Part shown: one piece after another, positions 21,901 to 35,357 of the stretch
How positions within the stretch are numbered: the stretch's first letter is position 1
Layout: the number at the start of each line of letters is the position of its first letter
Source: Calcarisporiella thermophila CBS 279.70
Taxonomy: Eukaryota; Fungi; Calcarisporiellomycota
DNA: 64,000 nt
Direction: 5' to 3'
Assembly (NCBI RefSeq): GCF_041956535.1
Contig: NW_027192229.1
Location: forward strand, 42,848 to 106,847
Notes under the pieces: generated by a model
Told to the model about the DNA's origin: nothing
The model's database searches: none
What the model saw: only the letters and a program-made list of their open reading frames with translations
Made by a program: the position numbers and the translations under genes

Positions 21901-24900
21901 CAACCGACGCTGAATATAGCCAGTCTCGGCAGTTTTTACTGCAGTGTCTACAAGACCCTCACGACCTCCCATGGCATGGAAAAAGAACTCTTGTGGCGTG
22001 AGCCCACGCAGATAAGAGTTTTCCACGAATCCTCTAGACTCAGCACTATGGTCATCCTTTGCAAAATGAGGAAGTGTGCGCTGTTTGAAGCCGAATGGGA
22101 TACGTTTGCCTTCGACGTTTTGCTGTCCGACACAAGCAGAAATCTGAGAAATATTGATGAACGATCCCTTCGAACCAGCAACCACCATCTGTTTCACATT
22201 GTTGTCATCTTTCAAATTTTGCTGGGCCTTTTTACCGGCTTCATCACGAGCTTGATTGAGTTGTTTGTTGACCTTGTTTTCGAAAGTTTCACGAATCGTC
22301 ATGCCTGGCTCACATTCAAGTTTATCTTGCTGTGCAGCAACAATGATCTCGTTCACGCGTGCCTTTGCAGAGCTGATGATATTGGATATGGTTTCCATTG
22401 TAGATGCATCTGCTATAGCATCACCAATTCCGATGCTAAATCCATTGTGCAGCAGCCAGTGGTTGACGACACGCTGTGCTCCATTAAGGAAACTTTTAGC
22501 AGCCTCAGGCCCCAGCTCCATCATAGCCACATGTACTAGGCCACCTCCAGAAGTACCGACCGTATTCTTCGTGAGAATTCCGGTGAGGAGCTCACCATTC
22601 TGGATAAGTACGTAGTCGTCCTTTGGGTTAAGCAGATTACCGTCCTCGTTACTGCGACGACAATTAACTCCTTTGGGAATCACCATGCTAATAAGCTGTT
22701 TGCCAGTCCAAAGTGGTTTTGGTTTAAAAATGGCGGGCGGAATCATATTGCCATCCCAGTCAGGCACCCACATAAGAATGTTCATTACAAGCTCACGATC
22801 GAGGAAGCAGTCGCGAAGCGTAAATTTACGAATACCACAAAGAGTGTCCTGTACAATTCCCATGACCGGCTTGTTAGCCTGGGGAGAGATAATCTGCTTT
22901 GGAACCATGCAGAGCTCTTGAATCTCAGCACGAGTCTCCAGCGATTGAGGTACATGCAAATTCATCTAACATATACATCAGTATAAGGCCATAATTGAAA
23001 TGACAAAAAAAAATATTACCTCATCACCATCGAAATCTGCATTGTATGGACTTGTAACAGAGAGATTCAAGCGGAAGGTGGAATAAGGTAGCACTTTAAC
23101 TTTATGTCCCATCATAGACATCTTGTGAAGTGAAGGCTGACGGTTGAAGATAACCAAGTCCCCATTATCTAAATGACGTTCCACCTTATATCCAAACTGA
23201 AAAAAGAAATACATGAGAAAGATTCAAGTATTTCAGGATCCATTATATGCAATATTCCCTTACCTGTAGAGGAATATCTCCAGCACGCTTGTGATATCGC
23301 AAATCAATACGCTCACCTCTGTCTCGTATCACATATTTTGCACCAGGGTGTTCGTTCGGGCCGTTTCTCACTAATTGCTGCAACCGTGCAATGTTGTATG
23401 GTGTCACTATCTCAGGGTAGGTAAGGTTGCGTGCGATACTGCGAGGAACTCCAACCTCGTCGATAGAGAGGTTAGGGTCACCAGTAATGACGGTACGAGC
23501 AGAGAAGTCCACACGTTTTCCCATCAAGTTACCACGCAATCGACCCTCTTTACCCTTCAGACGTGCGCGGATAGATTTAAGTGGACGGCCAGATTTCTGT
23601 AGAGCCTGAGGCTGCCCTGCAATGTCATTGTCCATATAAGTGGCCACATGAAACTGAAAAAAAAAAATTAGATCAGACCTGTGAGCAAAAAAAGCATTAA
23701 ATTTACCTGGAGTAAATGCTCGAACTCATTAATGACGTGAATCGGTGCACCCTCCATCTCGCAGCGCTTCACATGGGCATTTGCCTTCAGCCAAGAGTCA
23801 AATCAGTAAACAATAGAAGCTATTCGAGAGTATTCCAATTATACCTTGAGAATATCCGCAAGCTTATGGGTCAAATCATCCTCAGAACGCCCACTTCCGT
23901 CCATAAGGATACTGGGTCGCACCTGAGGAGGAGGCACTGGTAGCATTGTAATAAGCATCCACTCCGGGCGAGCATACTCGGGCGACAGACCCATTGCGAC
24001 CATATCTTCCTCACTTATTTGTTTGAACACCTGTAAAACCTGAAGAGGGGTGACGAGATTCTTTCCTTCTGGAAGAATTTCCTAAAATTTTGTGAATATT
24101 AGATGTTAGAAGAGGAGGGCAGAAGTGAGTGCAAATAAATTTTACATCAGATGAAGCAGTTTGCCTGTAGGTTGCATAGAGCTTCAATCCTTCTTTCTTA
24201 AATGTAGGCTGCCTGTGGCCACAGCCGCCATGCGATTTTTTGCGTTTTCCGTCAATATCACCATTCATCATCATAGTATCTTGATTGTCCACCTCATCCA
24301 TTTCATCGTCGTCATCAGCCCCACGTTCACAGACCATCTTTGTCTTGGCAATCTCCCATACTGCTTTTAAGCGAGCTTTTCTACTCCTCAGTCTGCGTGC
24401 TCTCTCAAATTTGGGATTGGACTAAAGTAAAAAGAATTGTATTAAGTTACTCAGACCAACCCGAAATCTCGCTCAAAGCACGTACTTCGTCCACTTTCAG
24501 CTTGGAACAGTGGAAGCAGACGCATTCGAGGATCTTTTTCACTTTATTCAAAAAGCCTATGCAATTTAGAGTAGCGATAGTCTAGATATGTTCTCTCTTG
24601 AAGCAGGATTTTAACTAACCAATATGAAAAACGGGTTTCGCAAGCTCTATATATCCAAAATGGCCGGGACATTCTGCCATTTTTTGATCGCATGTCTCAC
24701 AATAACGATGTCGATCAATTGTGCCTAGCCTCGGATCAAACAATCCTCCACGTTTGGGCTGGCCAGCCTCATCGAGAATCTCTGGATGCTCGACTTTAAC
24801 ATAACCCATTGCTTTCTATTATTTGCCAGGTATCAAAAAGTTGAGTATTGATCTAGATCTGCCGATGTGTCCAGAGACACACTCAAGAAAAAGATCAAAA

Positions 24901-25005
24901 ATAAGATGGTAAACATACTATCTCTTCTGGAGAAAGAATTCCAAATTGGACTCCAGTGACACGCCCGAGTGGAGCCTTGGAGTAGGCGAAAGCGTGTCCG
25001 CTCAT
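18975..25005 (-). CDS. RPB1: DNA-directed RNA polymerase II largest subunit, multi-exon
   Basis: Starts [12 protein letters not shown]...[10 protein letters not shown]. Zn motif ECPGHFG, catalytic [29 protein letters not shown] and a C-terminal YSPTSPS heptad array. Confidence 0.99.
19008..19677 (-). repeat. RNA polymerase II CTD heptad repeats (~30 units of 21 bp)
   Basis: Tandem YSPTSPS and variants in ORF 18975..20522. Confidence 0.97.
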
Positions 25006-25321
25006 GATTTAATATGTTTTTGAAATTTTTTTGAAATTTTCAAGATTTAAAAAACAAAAGTAAAAAATGAGGTAAAAATAGAGAAAATGGTGAAAGATCT
25101 TTCAAGGATTGCTGCTAGGTGACCTTTTCTGGGAGTTCTGAAGAATAGAAATCAAAGGTCAACAAAGATCAAAAGCGAGAAACTCCCAAGGAGTGATAAA
25201 GGAAGGGGAAGAGAAGATTTTATTGACTTGATGACGTCGACAGACCAACTAATGTCGACAGGATTTTACGTGTCAGCTCGAGAACTTTAGATCATCCTTC
25301 CTTTTGCTTTACAAATTCATA
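25006..25321. promoter_or_regulatory. Bidirectional promoter between RPB1 and YOS1
   Basis: 316 bp between divergent ATGs. Contains TGACGTC and a direct repeat GTCGACAG at 25236 and 25254. Confidence 0.55.
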
Positions 25322-25635
25322 ATGGGCGTTGCCAACCTGTTAACTGCACTCTTACTCTTCATCAATGCGATTGCAGTATTAAATGAAGAAAGATTTCTTG
25401 CTCGTATCGGGTGGAGCTCGACTTCTTTTCATGGCTATGGAGATCAAGGTCAATCAATAAAAGCACGGATGGTCAATCTGATATCTGCAACAAGAACACT
25501 AATGAGAAGTATGTTCGCAAAAGCATTTAGCTTCTGTTCAAATAATTATATTGACAATTATTTTCCTTTCTTCCCTTAGTTCCCCTCATCGTAATCAATC
25601 TCCTCGTGATAAGCTATAGATTAATTCTGGGTTAA
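25322..25635 (+). CDS. YOS1: Yos1/IER3IP1 ER-Golgi transport protein, 2 exons
   Basis: LLFINAIAVLNEERFLARIGW...NLISATRTLMR, intron, then IPLIVINLLVISYRLILG. Confidence 0.95.
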
Positions 25636-26019
25636 AATGGATCAGGCCAAACTTTCATCTATTTGAATCTTATTCCATTTTCACCTCCGCATTTGTACCT
25701 TATAAGCCTCTTCTCTTTTTATTCTGTTATTGTTGAGCTACCTATTTGATTTTATAAAGACTAGTACTCTTTTCATCAGCCTAAGACTACAGGGATTGCT
25801 GAAGGCAAAGAAATGATTTAATCCTATAGAAAGCTAATCGTTTTCCCTATCTCTTAAATGATCTCGTAGTCAACTGTGTTTATTCTTCTCGTAAGATGAT
25901 ATATTTGATATTCACTTCATAGCATTTGCATTATGAATTAAATCTAAGCCGCGCTATAATTTTTATTCGAGCTTTATCTCTTAATATTTAGCTGTTCAAA
26001 TGGAAAAATATTAAACTAT

Positions 26020-29000
26020 ATGGATGCAAATTTTCTAATTTCAATTGAACCAATAAAGCCATTAAGGCAACAGCTTCCACTTCCTCCGGATCTCATTTTA
26101 AAAATTCTTCAACACGTCCCTGTCCCATCGCTTACAAATGTCGCGGTCGCATGTCGTCGATTCAAGGTGCTCGTGTATGACGATGAGATTTGGGAGGCAA
26201 AACTACGTGCTATGGGAGTTTGGAAAGATTTCAATGAGAATGAGAACCCGCTTGATGCGCCAAATGAACCACTCTTTTTATCAAATTCGAGGTCATCACA
26301 TGCTGGAACGAAGAATGATTTGATGAGCTTTGATCCGTTCACAAATCCCAATAGCTCTGCATCTAGCATGCTCACTCCACCACCAAGTTTATCAACATCA
26401 TTCACAAATAATTCGACCGGTACTCTTCTAGACCTAGATTCGCTTCCCTCTACTTTTAACAGAGCAGATCGCCCAGTTTCGCTTCACGCCCTCATCCCTG
26501 GAATTGGATCTGATCCACTCTCCGCTAATGCACGAGCAAAATCTACCGGAGAGGCTCGTGGTCGATTCCGCCAGATGTTTATAGAGCTATTTCCCTATTA
26601 CAGGGAGTTCAGGCGTGGAACAAAAGACTTGAGTGTGTTCAGAGATTTCGCGGGAGAACCGCTTCAGATCGCGAAAATGTTGACTCAGCTAGTGGCATTC
26701 GGGAGAGCCAAAGTAGTGGATGACTGGAAAGACGTATGTATTATTAAATCCTTTTTGAATTATTCGCTTGCTCATATTTTCTACTTTGCTATATAGATCA
26801 ATAGTTCAATAGAAGCTGCTTGTCAAGACTTCGAGCATGCATGTTTGCATCACTTCAATAATGCTTATAGCGCAGATGATAGAAAAAATATGGAGGTAAT
26901 ACTTGAACAGTGATATAGTTGTTTATGGGTTTGAACCACAATTTTTTTAAACTGATAGAGATATGCAACGGCATTAACATGTTTAAATGGCGGGCATGCA
27001 TGTATACAATCTTTTATCCAACATCACCCTCTTTTCTATGACCTACCCTTCAATCCAGGAGAGACCATGGGGTAAAAAGAGTGATTTACCGAGTTTTATA
27101 GCCCTATTTAACATAATACATTGGATTCCGTAGCACCGACTTTTTACCTTTAAAGAATTTCAGCAAATACCTTACTGATGAGATTAAAAAGCAAGCAGCA
27201 CTTATTAACGATGTATTCCCGAGCGAAGCGGATGTGCTATATTTATTTTGCGAACGTTTATTTGAAGATGTGGTATATTTCATTATATTATAATTGAAAT
27301 AACATGTTTCATCAATGTGGGATCATATTATAACTTCTTAGGTAAATGACCATTTAACATCGCTACTAAAGGCTACCCGTGATCACGATGTACAGCTTTA
27401 TCTTCAATGTGTGTCCGCTGTTACACAGGAGTTACAATCAATCGGAGATGTGATTAGCAATTTGAAACCTGGAGGGATAGATCGCTCGCGTACGGACAAG
27501 CTCATTAACAAACAGTTGCACCCAATTGTGCGAAGATATCTGCACGATGAGTTACAATGGGTGAGCGACAACTGTGTATTGGCAACTGAGAAATGGGAAG
27601 AAGAGGTGAGTATTCTTGCTATTACCTAGAACTAGAATTTTATCATTCATCCGCCATACAATGACGTTTAATTAGAGAAAATCAATTAAACGGGCGAAAT
27701 CTAAGCGATTAAGTAATCCAATGGCCACACCAAATCGAGAGCTTTACAAGCGCAATTATTTAAAGGCATTCCGTAAAATCCTATTGCTGCCAGCAGACAT
27801 CGTCACCTCTTCCATTCAGACAATCCAGGGCTTCTCCGGTCCTGGAAAATCTTCAAGTAGACCATCCACTCCAGATCCATCAAAAATTTCATCAAATAGT
27901 CAGCAGAATGGAGACAGCCCCAAGTTGGAGACTAAAAGTCAATCGAAGCAAGAAGCTATGAGCGCGCAAGAAGTACAAGGAGCGCTCATGGCCGCACAAT
28001 TGGATGAAATGCAAGATATTTTGAGCCTGGAGATGTCTCTTCACTTGATTCATATCAACAAAGAAGCTCAACAGCGAGTAGGATTTTTCTTAAGATTGGC
28101 AGATGAATATGGCGAGCAAGCGTAAATATCATACACTATTACATTGTGTCTGGGAGATATAACAAAACATTTTTTGTGCTGATTTGATAGCCAAAAAACC
28201 ATTGAAACTATATTTATTCATCTACTACGGACGCTAGGTATGCATCACATTAAACCAGGGTTCGAAGAGTAAGTAGATTGCTTCTACCTAATACTATATT
28301 GTAGCTCAACCAACATCAATCTTGGCATTAGGGCTATAGAACACCTCGGAAGCTGTAATAAGTTAGACTCTACTATCGATCATCAAACCCCTATCACTTC
28401 TCTCCGTGACTTCTTCGAGCTTATTCATATGGCCGATCTTATCCAACAAATGGTGCACGTGTACTACGAAGAAGAAATGGTATTTTTTAGTATTGAATTT
28501 GCTTATCTGGTGCAATAATTCTAACAACTGCTGTTTGATATATAGGGAAGATATATTGATAAAACCGATTTCCTCTCAGATTGCAATAAAGAAAAGAAGA
28601 ATTTTGAGCGCTTACTTGATGACTATGTAGCACGGGGACTTGACCGTAGCCTACAAGTGCTGATAGATCATGTGGAGTATATTCTTCTTCGCGATCAAGC
28701 TGCCTCAGATTTTCTTCCCGCACACGGACAAGTACTTGACTTGCAGCCGACAAAAGCTTGTAAAAATGCAGCTGATTGTGTTCAGCTGCATACTCAGCTT
28801 TTGCTTGGATGTACAGATAAAACAATGCTGGATGTGTTTTTTCAGGAAATAGGCTCCCGATTTTTCTCGTAAGTACTAGCCCTTCTTTGCCTCTTGCACT
28901 TATTAGGCTAATAGCTGGCCTTATGACAGAGTTTTATGCAAACACTTCAAGCGGTTTACTATTAACGAGGCTGGTGGCTTCCAGTTAATTTGTGATCTCA

Positions 29001-29251
29001 ATCACTACAACCAGTGTGCGTGGTCTCTCCGCCAGCAGCCCACTACTCGACTCTTCATGGCACTAAAAGACCTTGGCAATCTTTTTATAATCCAATCACC
29101 CGAAGCTCTAAAAGAGTTTATTCATGATGGAGAGCGTTTTGGTGGGACATTTAGGGTGGAGGAGGTATTGGAGTTCGTACAGTTAAGGGCTGACTGGAAA
29201 ATGATCCAGAAAGAGGTGGAGAGAGACAAATTGGATTGCATAGTGATGTGA
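26020..29251 (+). CDS. RCY1: F-box/Sec10-domain recycling protein (recyclin-1), multi-exon
   Basis: N-terminal F-box (LPPDLILKILQHV...VACRRF..LVYDDEIW). C-terminal Sec10-like segments GGFQLICDLNHY, LKDLGNLFI and EFVQLRADW, ending in a CaaX-like CIVM. Confidence 0.9.
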
Positions 29252-29606
29252 AGAATTTGTCAATTTTCGAGTCATAAGCAACGATGGACATTTGGAATTT
29301 GCCTTTTTTTTGGTTTCTTTTATGTGTTAATAACCTTTTTATTTAATAATAATATCCTGATCTCGTTCAATTTGGTAGTTTTAATTTGCCCACTTAATTT
29401 TCATTCAAATAGTATGTAGTATATTTACCTCGAGGTAATTATCAGATGGCTCACATGAGTCATAATAATCAATTGAAATTTCAAACTCTATATAACGTTA
29501 AATAATACCCGATATTAAATTAGAAACTCGAAAGTTAAAGAGACCGTCGAGATTTGACGTTAAAGCCAATTTAACCACCTGGGATCAATTATTCTTGCAC
29601 TAAAGA

Positions 29607-30282
29607 ATGACTGTACCTATAAAGACCGCAAGCAGCAACATCAAAAAGAATGTTACCGTGCGTCCATTCTCGCCCTCCAATGATGAAAAACATTTTGAGC
29701 GCATTCGTGGCCTCATTAACAGTGCCTATCGTTCAGGTAGGTTGAATTTGAAGGCATTTCCAAACTTAAGAAATTAAACCATTGCCCTAAATGTGAATGG
29801 ATTGTCTAGATAAAAGTTGGACCACCGAAAAACATCTGATTCGGGGAGAGAGGATGACTATCGAAAATCTCAGACGCACTTTGGAAAATGACTCAATTCA
29901 TTTGTTCCTCGCATCGATTCCCGGGAATTCGGCGGAGAATAAACAAGCTTCCAGTGAAGATGAGCTGATCGTAGGAACCGTTGATATCGAGTTCAATGAA
30001 GAATATCCTGGTGCAGGACTTCTTGGCTGTCTTGCAGTGGACCCAGAATTTCAGTCCCATGGCATAGGTTCACGACTCGTCTCCCATGCCATGCACTTTG
30101 CTAAAGAGCAACTCAAGCTGAGCAAAATGGTGATATGGGTTGTGGACAAGCGTTCAGATATTATTGGGTGGTATGAAAGACTTGGCTTTAAGAAGACAAT
30201 GGAAAGACGCCCATTTGTATGGCCCAACCTAATCCGGGACGGAATTGAGCTCGATTTTATTGTGCTAGAAAAAGCTCTGTAA
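29607..30282 (+). CDS. GNAT-family N-acetyltransferase, 2 exons (tandem copy 1)
   Basis: LINSAYRS/DKSWTTE spans a GT-AG intron. Acetyl-CoA motif LAVDPEFQSHGIGSRL and WYERLGF. Confidence 0.92.
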
Positions 30283-30490
30283 ACCGAATGTTTGCTTGCA
30301 TAGTGTGCACATCTTAACAAAAGATCTTTACATGCTTTGACGAACCTTAGCTCTTCGCCAAAAGATTTATCCAATTAATTTGATTTTTATCGAGATTTAT
30401 TACCGTAAAAAATTAAAATCAACTCCGCTCAAGTCAGAAAGCATATATCTGACAACCTAGTCCTCCATTATTTTTTCTGAATTGACAACA

Positions 30491-31162
30491 ATGAGCATTA
30501 CTTCTGTTGAGAATCTAAAGAATCAGGTCAAGATATCCAGCGCCAAACTCGAACATGACGTGCATGTAGAGAGGCTGTATAAAATTATTAATGCCGCATA
30601 CCGCTCAGGCAAGTGTTTTTCTATATCTAACGGTTCGAGAAGCTATCTTATACTTACCCTGAATTAAATAGATAAGGGATGGACGCACGAAGCTCACCTT
30701 GTAAAAGAAGATCGCATCACTATCCCCGAACTTAAAGAGCTAATTGCTGATGTAGAACACAAGCACGGTCATCTTCTGCTAGCATTTCTTCCTGCAGACT
30801 CCACCCCCGTTCTAAACCCGACGGATGCAGAGCGTGCTCTCGGCGAAGTTGTCGTGGGCAGCATTCAGATAGAGCCATCGCCACGTGGTGAAGATGAATG
30901 TCTTATCGGATTGCTGGCAGTCGATCCAGCACTTCAATCTTTGGGGATAGGTAGCAGGCTTATGCGAAGTGCAATTGACTTTGCCCGTGATATTCTCAAG
31001 AAAAAGCACGCTGCTGTTTGGGTTTTGAACCAGCGGCCAGAGGTCCACAGTTGGTATTCGAGACTTGGCTTTGAGAAAACAGGAGAGCAGCTTGAGTTTG
31101 TAAACCCGCAGAATCTAAAAGATAAAGAAACGCATATGATCGTCATGCGTAGGACCTTTTAA
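30491..31162 (+). CDS. GNAT-family N-acetyltransferase, 2 exons (tandem copy 2; GC-AG intron)
   Basis: IINAAYRS/DKGWTHE spans intron 30609-30671. LAVDPALQSLGIGSRL and WYSRLGF. Confidence 0.92.
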
Positions 31163-31420
31163 TTCTACCATATTTATATTTTCAACAATGTAAACCTAAA
31201 AAGTGTATCAAGCTTTATATATGTTTTATTTCATTTTATTTCATTTTATTTTATTAGAGGATAAAAATAGAAATGAAGGCCAGAAAACTTATCTGAAGGA
31301 AATAATAAAAAAGGGTTCGACAGAGATTGAAAGTGAAAGAGGACAAGCGGAAAAAAGTGAAGTTGCTGCAATGAAGGGTATTAAATTAATGTCAAAGTCC
31401 AATGTGAACAGGATGGGGTG

Positions 31421-34334
31421 CTATAACTTTAAATCTGCCAGTATCCGTGAGCATATCTTCCTATACTGCCACGCGTCGCCGCTGATCCTATGAAATTGCA
31501 CCCCGTGCATTCCAAGTAGCCACGGAACACGAACGATATGCACCTCAAAGCGAAGTATAAGTCCTGCGACCTGTTGGGAAGTCATAGTTGACTCCTCTTC
31601 AAAAGACTCTCGATACTCGCCCCCACCACCCCTGATTTTACCTCGCTCATTTTTTAACAAATCGAACTCCATCAGGCTTTGTTGTTGCTGCACCTGCTGT
31701 TGGGTGCTTGCAAGATCGATGCTTGGTAAGTGAAGACATTCATATCCTCCCTTAATCTCATGGTATTGTACCCCGATTTGATTTAGCACTTGTTCCACAT
31801 TGCTTCGAATTTGTAGAGCGGGCTTAGTGGATGTGGTTGCTACCGAAAACAGTCCCTTCAAGAACACAGGTTTTGCCTCCATCCGCTGCTTGTTCGAACT
31901 GGGCGTGGTAGGCGTCGTAGGAGAGAAAGGATAGCTGTTGTTTGTGTGCTGAGGAGAGGTAAATTGCTCCGAAGATTGCTGCTGAGGGATGGAGACTTTA
32001 GGGAGTTCAACGGCGGGTGCTTTGGTATTAGCCGAGCGGCCGCCGCCAGATGATGCTGCTGCACTGGCAATCCAGGACCCCCCGATTGACGATGGGCGTT
32101 GTCTATGCCGGCGGTATTCCGTTTCCGGCAAAGAAACCGCTCGAGTAACCCCCTTTGTATCGCCTACTTCCTCAGAGTCTCGGACACTATCACGCTCCGT
32201 TAGTTGCGGAGAAGGGGTGGCATAAGCAGAAAGCGCAGAAGGATGTCTTGAGTGTTGGCCTTTGAAGGTGGGGCGCCGCCCTCCATCTAGAGAAGTTCTA
32301 CCCAGAGCCATCCCCAACCTTTTGAAAACGCTCCCATCACTCTTGCTTGGACTGCTAGGTTCCTCTCTCGAAAATATCGAAGGCCGCTCATCTCGGCCCA
32401 GTGTACGTCGTCGTTCCTTGGTTGGCACCGTGGGGGGCGGATGGTAGAGATCGGGAACATCTATTTCCAACGAAGGACCGTTGGTAGCATGCAATGGATC
32501 GGGCAAGGGAATCTGTGGGGCAGCAAATCTTTGCTGTTGCGCCTGTTGCTGTCGTAGCTTTTGTTCCGCTTGTGCCTTCAAGGCCTGCCGTTCTCTTTCT
32601 TGCTTCTCGCGTACAAGATGGTATATCGATATCAAGGGGTGATATGCCTCAGGCAGAGTAATTGGATCGTCCGGGGGTGGAGGTGGTGGCGTCTTTCCTC
32701 CCCCCATTTGTTTATTAAATAGGGTCTTAACAGTTGAATTGTTTCGCATGGATGAGGGAGCAACGGATTCTACGCTTCTCCAATACGCCTGGTTCTGTGC
32801 AAGCTGCTTAGCAGCACGCTGATACGTGTCACTTGTCACGATTGCCTCCAACTCGCGCCGAATTTCTTGCTCAGTGCCAAACTCAAATCCAGTCATTCCA
32901 CGAATAACATCCATGTCAAGAGGGAGACTAAGTGGTAGGCGGTATGGTAAATAGTTTTTGATTTTGGTGTCAAATCCCCGATTTAGCCAGGGATGCTCCA
33001 TGATCTCGGTTAGTGTAGCGCGTTGTGAGGGATCTGTTACAAGCATGCGAGAAATGAGATGCTTGCATTCTATAGATAGAGGGAGAAAATTAATTAATCA
33101 TGAGAAATCTCTTATGAAGGAAAGAGAACTAGTACCAGAACTAAGATAATTGGGATATTCCACAATCCCCCGTTTAATTTTCGCGTGCAGTGCAGGCATG
33201 CTTTGATCATCAAACGGCACCTTTCCACATACCAATACATATAAAACAATTCCAAGACTCCAGATATCTACTTCTGGTCCAGTATACATCTTTGCATTTA
33301 GGAGTTCAGGTGCTGCAAAGTAAAGCGAGCCGCAGAATGTGGAGAGCAGTTTGTCTGGCGAGTAGAGGTTCGAGAGCCCAAAATCGATGATTTTAACGTC
33401 CCCCATCTTGGAAATTAGGATGTTTTCAATTTTTAAGTCTAAAGATAGAAAAAAAAAATTGAATAAAAAACCCTCTACCCAATAGTTGTGCTAAACAAAA
33501 TGTACATACCCCGGTGTACTATCGAGTTTCGATGGCAATAATCTATTAAAATAAAAAGAAAAAAACCGCAAATAAGCGCATGAACACACATATAATAACA
33601 CTTAGTGTATTGCTGATTCATACCAAGTGCGCTTACAATTTGTCGTATAAATTTTCGAGCCTGCTTTTCCTTAATCTTCCCATGGCTGATTATATAATCG
33701 AGGAGCTGTGCTCCGTCTACAAATTCAAATACCATATAATAGTAGTTTGGGAGCACCATCATCTCGCGCAATCCTACAATATATGGGTGGTGTAGCAGTA
33801 GCATGATGGAGCCTTCGCGAATAGTACGTATTTCTCGATTTTCATTCTTTTCTGGCCTAGATTTTCGTCCGCCGCTGTTGTTATGTGTACGCGGAATGAT
33901 CTTGATGGCAAACTAGAGAGAGAAACATTGATGGTCGATAAGTTAATCGAGCCAAGTATAAAATCTTGAAATCAGTACTGAGGCGTTGAATATTTTGCCA
34001 CACAAATCTATACCTTTTCACCAGTAGTATTGTGGACACCTAATTTCACTTTTCCCATACTTCCTGCACCTAGAGTTTTGGTGAGCGTATATGCGCCAAG
34101 TATTTTCTTGGTTCTCGATTGTTGCTGCTTTATTCTCCGCGCATCGTCTATATCGGTAGTGAAATTTTCATTGGCGAAATCGGATGTTGACGATTGCGCG
34201 GTTTGAGTGGAAGGAATATTAGCACTCTGAGAACACTCTACTTCATTTGCGGATTGCGGCGCGATCTTATCAAGGATCTCGGAAGAAGAGGGAGGAATTG
34301 GAGGAAGCACTTTTTCTGCAAGAACGGCAGACAT
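31421..34334 (-). CDS. KIN1: Kin1/Par-1/MARK Ser/Thr kinase with C-terminal KA1 domain, multi-exon
   Basis: [45 protein letters not shown]1 segments [17 protein letters not shown] and [19 protein letters not shown]. Confidence 0.96.
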
Positions 34335-35357
34335 TGTGTCTCAAATAGATGAATAACAAGTGGTAGATTTGAGTAGAGAAGAGAGAAATATCAAGAATAA
34401 TTGTCATATAATATCCGCTCAACTATATGTCTGTAAAGTCGAGCCAAATCAACATAGCTGTGACTCCGAGTTGAAATAATGTTGAAATAGAAAATAATAA
34501 CTGATGTTTGACGTTATGTCAGGGACACATTAAATACCCGAGTTGGGGAGTAGAAGAGTTGCAACACCACAGGTGTGTAAAGGACTAGAATGGTTTGTCC
34601 GAACGTCTCTTGTGGAGATAAATTAAACTGCGCCACTGCGTTACCTAACCTAGAATTCTGAGAAATTTCTCTTAGGTGAATATTATGTTGGATATTCTCT
34701 GGCGGAAAGAGTTAAGGACGGGTTTTGTATTTATTACGCTTCTAAGTTCAAGGATTCAGATTAACTATCAACTCCCTGTTGAATCTGCCCCCTAATACGT
34801 GCTACATAGTCCGCAGAATCCTTGCATATGACTCGACTCGGACATATGTCGCACTTGAAGGCCAGCGAGTTTATTTAGCAGCCACTATTTTATTTTTAAG
34901 TCGTACACCATGTTTGGTCGTTGCTTAACTCCTGGTGGATATATGGTAATAATATCATAAAATAGGAATAAGCCCTCCTCTCTTACATACGTGCTTTCTT
35001 ATTGCTTACTCCCCAATTTTTAATACCCAAGCATTTAAAGTTTATGTTTTTGAACGATGAATAGATTAAAAAACACAAGAACACGCGTTTTAATTTTTAA
35101 TTTTTTTTATATGAAGTTTTGCTAGATATCGAACGAGATTTTACCATTTCTCTACTTTTCACCAGTGGCATTTTATGTATCTTGTGTTTTCTTAATGTCA
35201 CCTGATATTATCTCTACCTTGCCCTTCGCATAGAATTTGATACTTGGATCTATGTTTTAAAAACGTTATACTTTCTAAACCATTATAATAAGTACTCATT
35301 AACATCCTTAGAGTAAGAAGAGCAATCGAGAGTTTGTACACGAGTGCGACTTGGAAT

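Noticed and set aside
19016-22921. Several long alternative-frame and antisense ORFs over RPB1
   Set aside because: By-products of the CTD repeat and codon bias, with no independent protein features.
23904-23912. GTATCCTT on the minus strand in RPB1
   Set aside because: It lies within conserved coding sequence (RPSILMDG), so it is coincidental.
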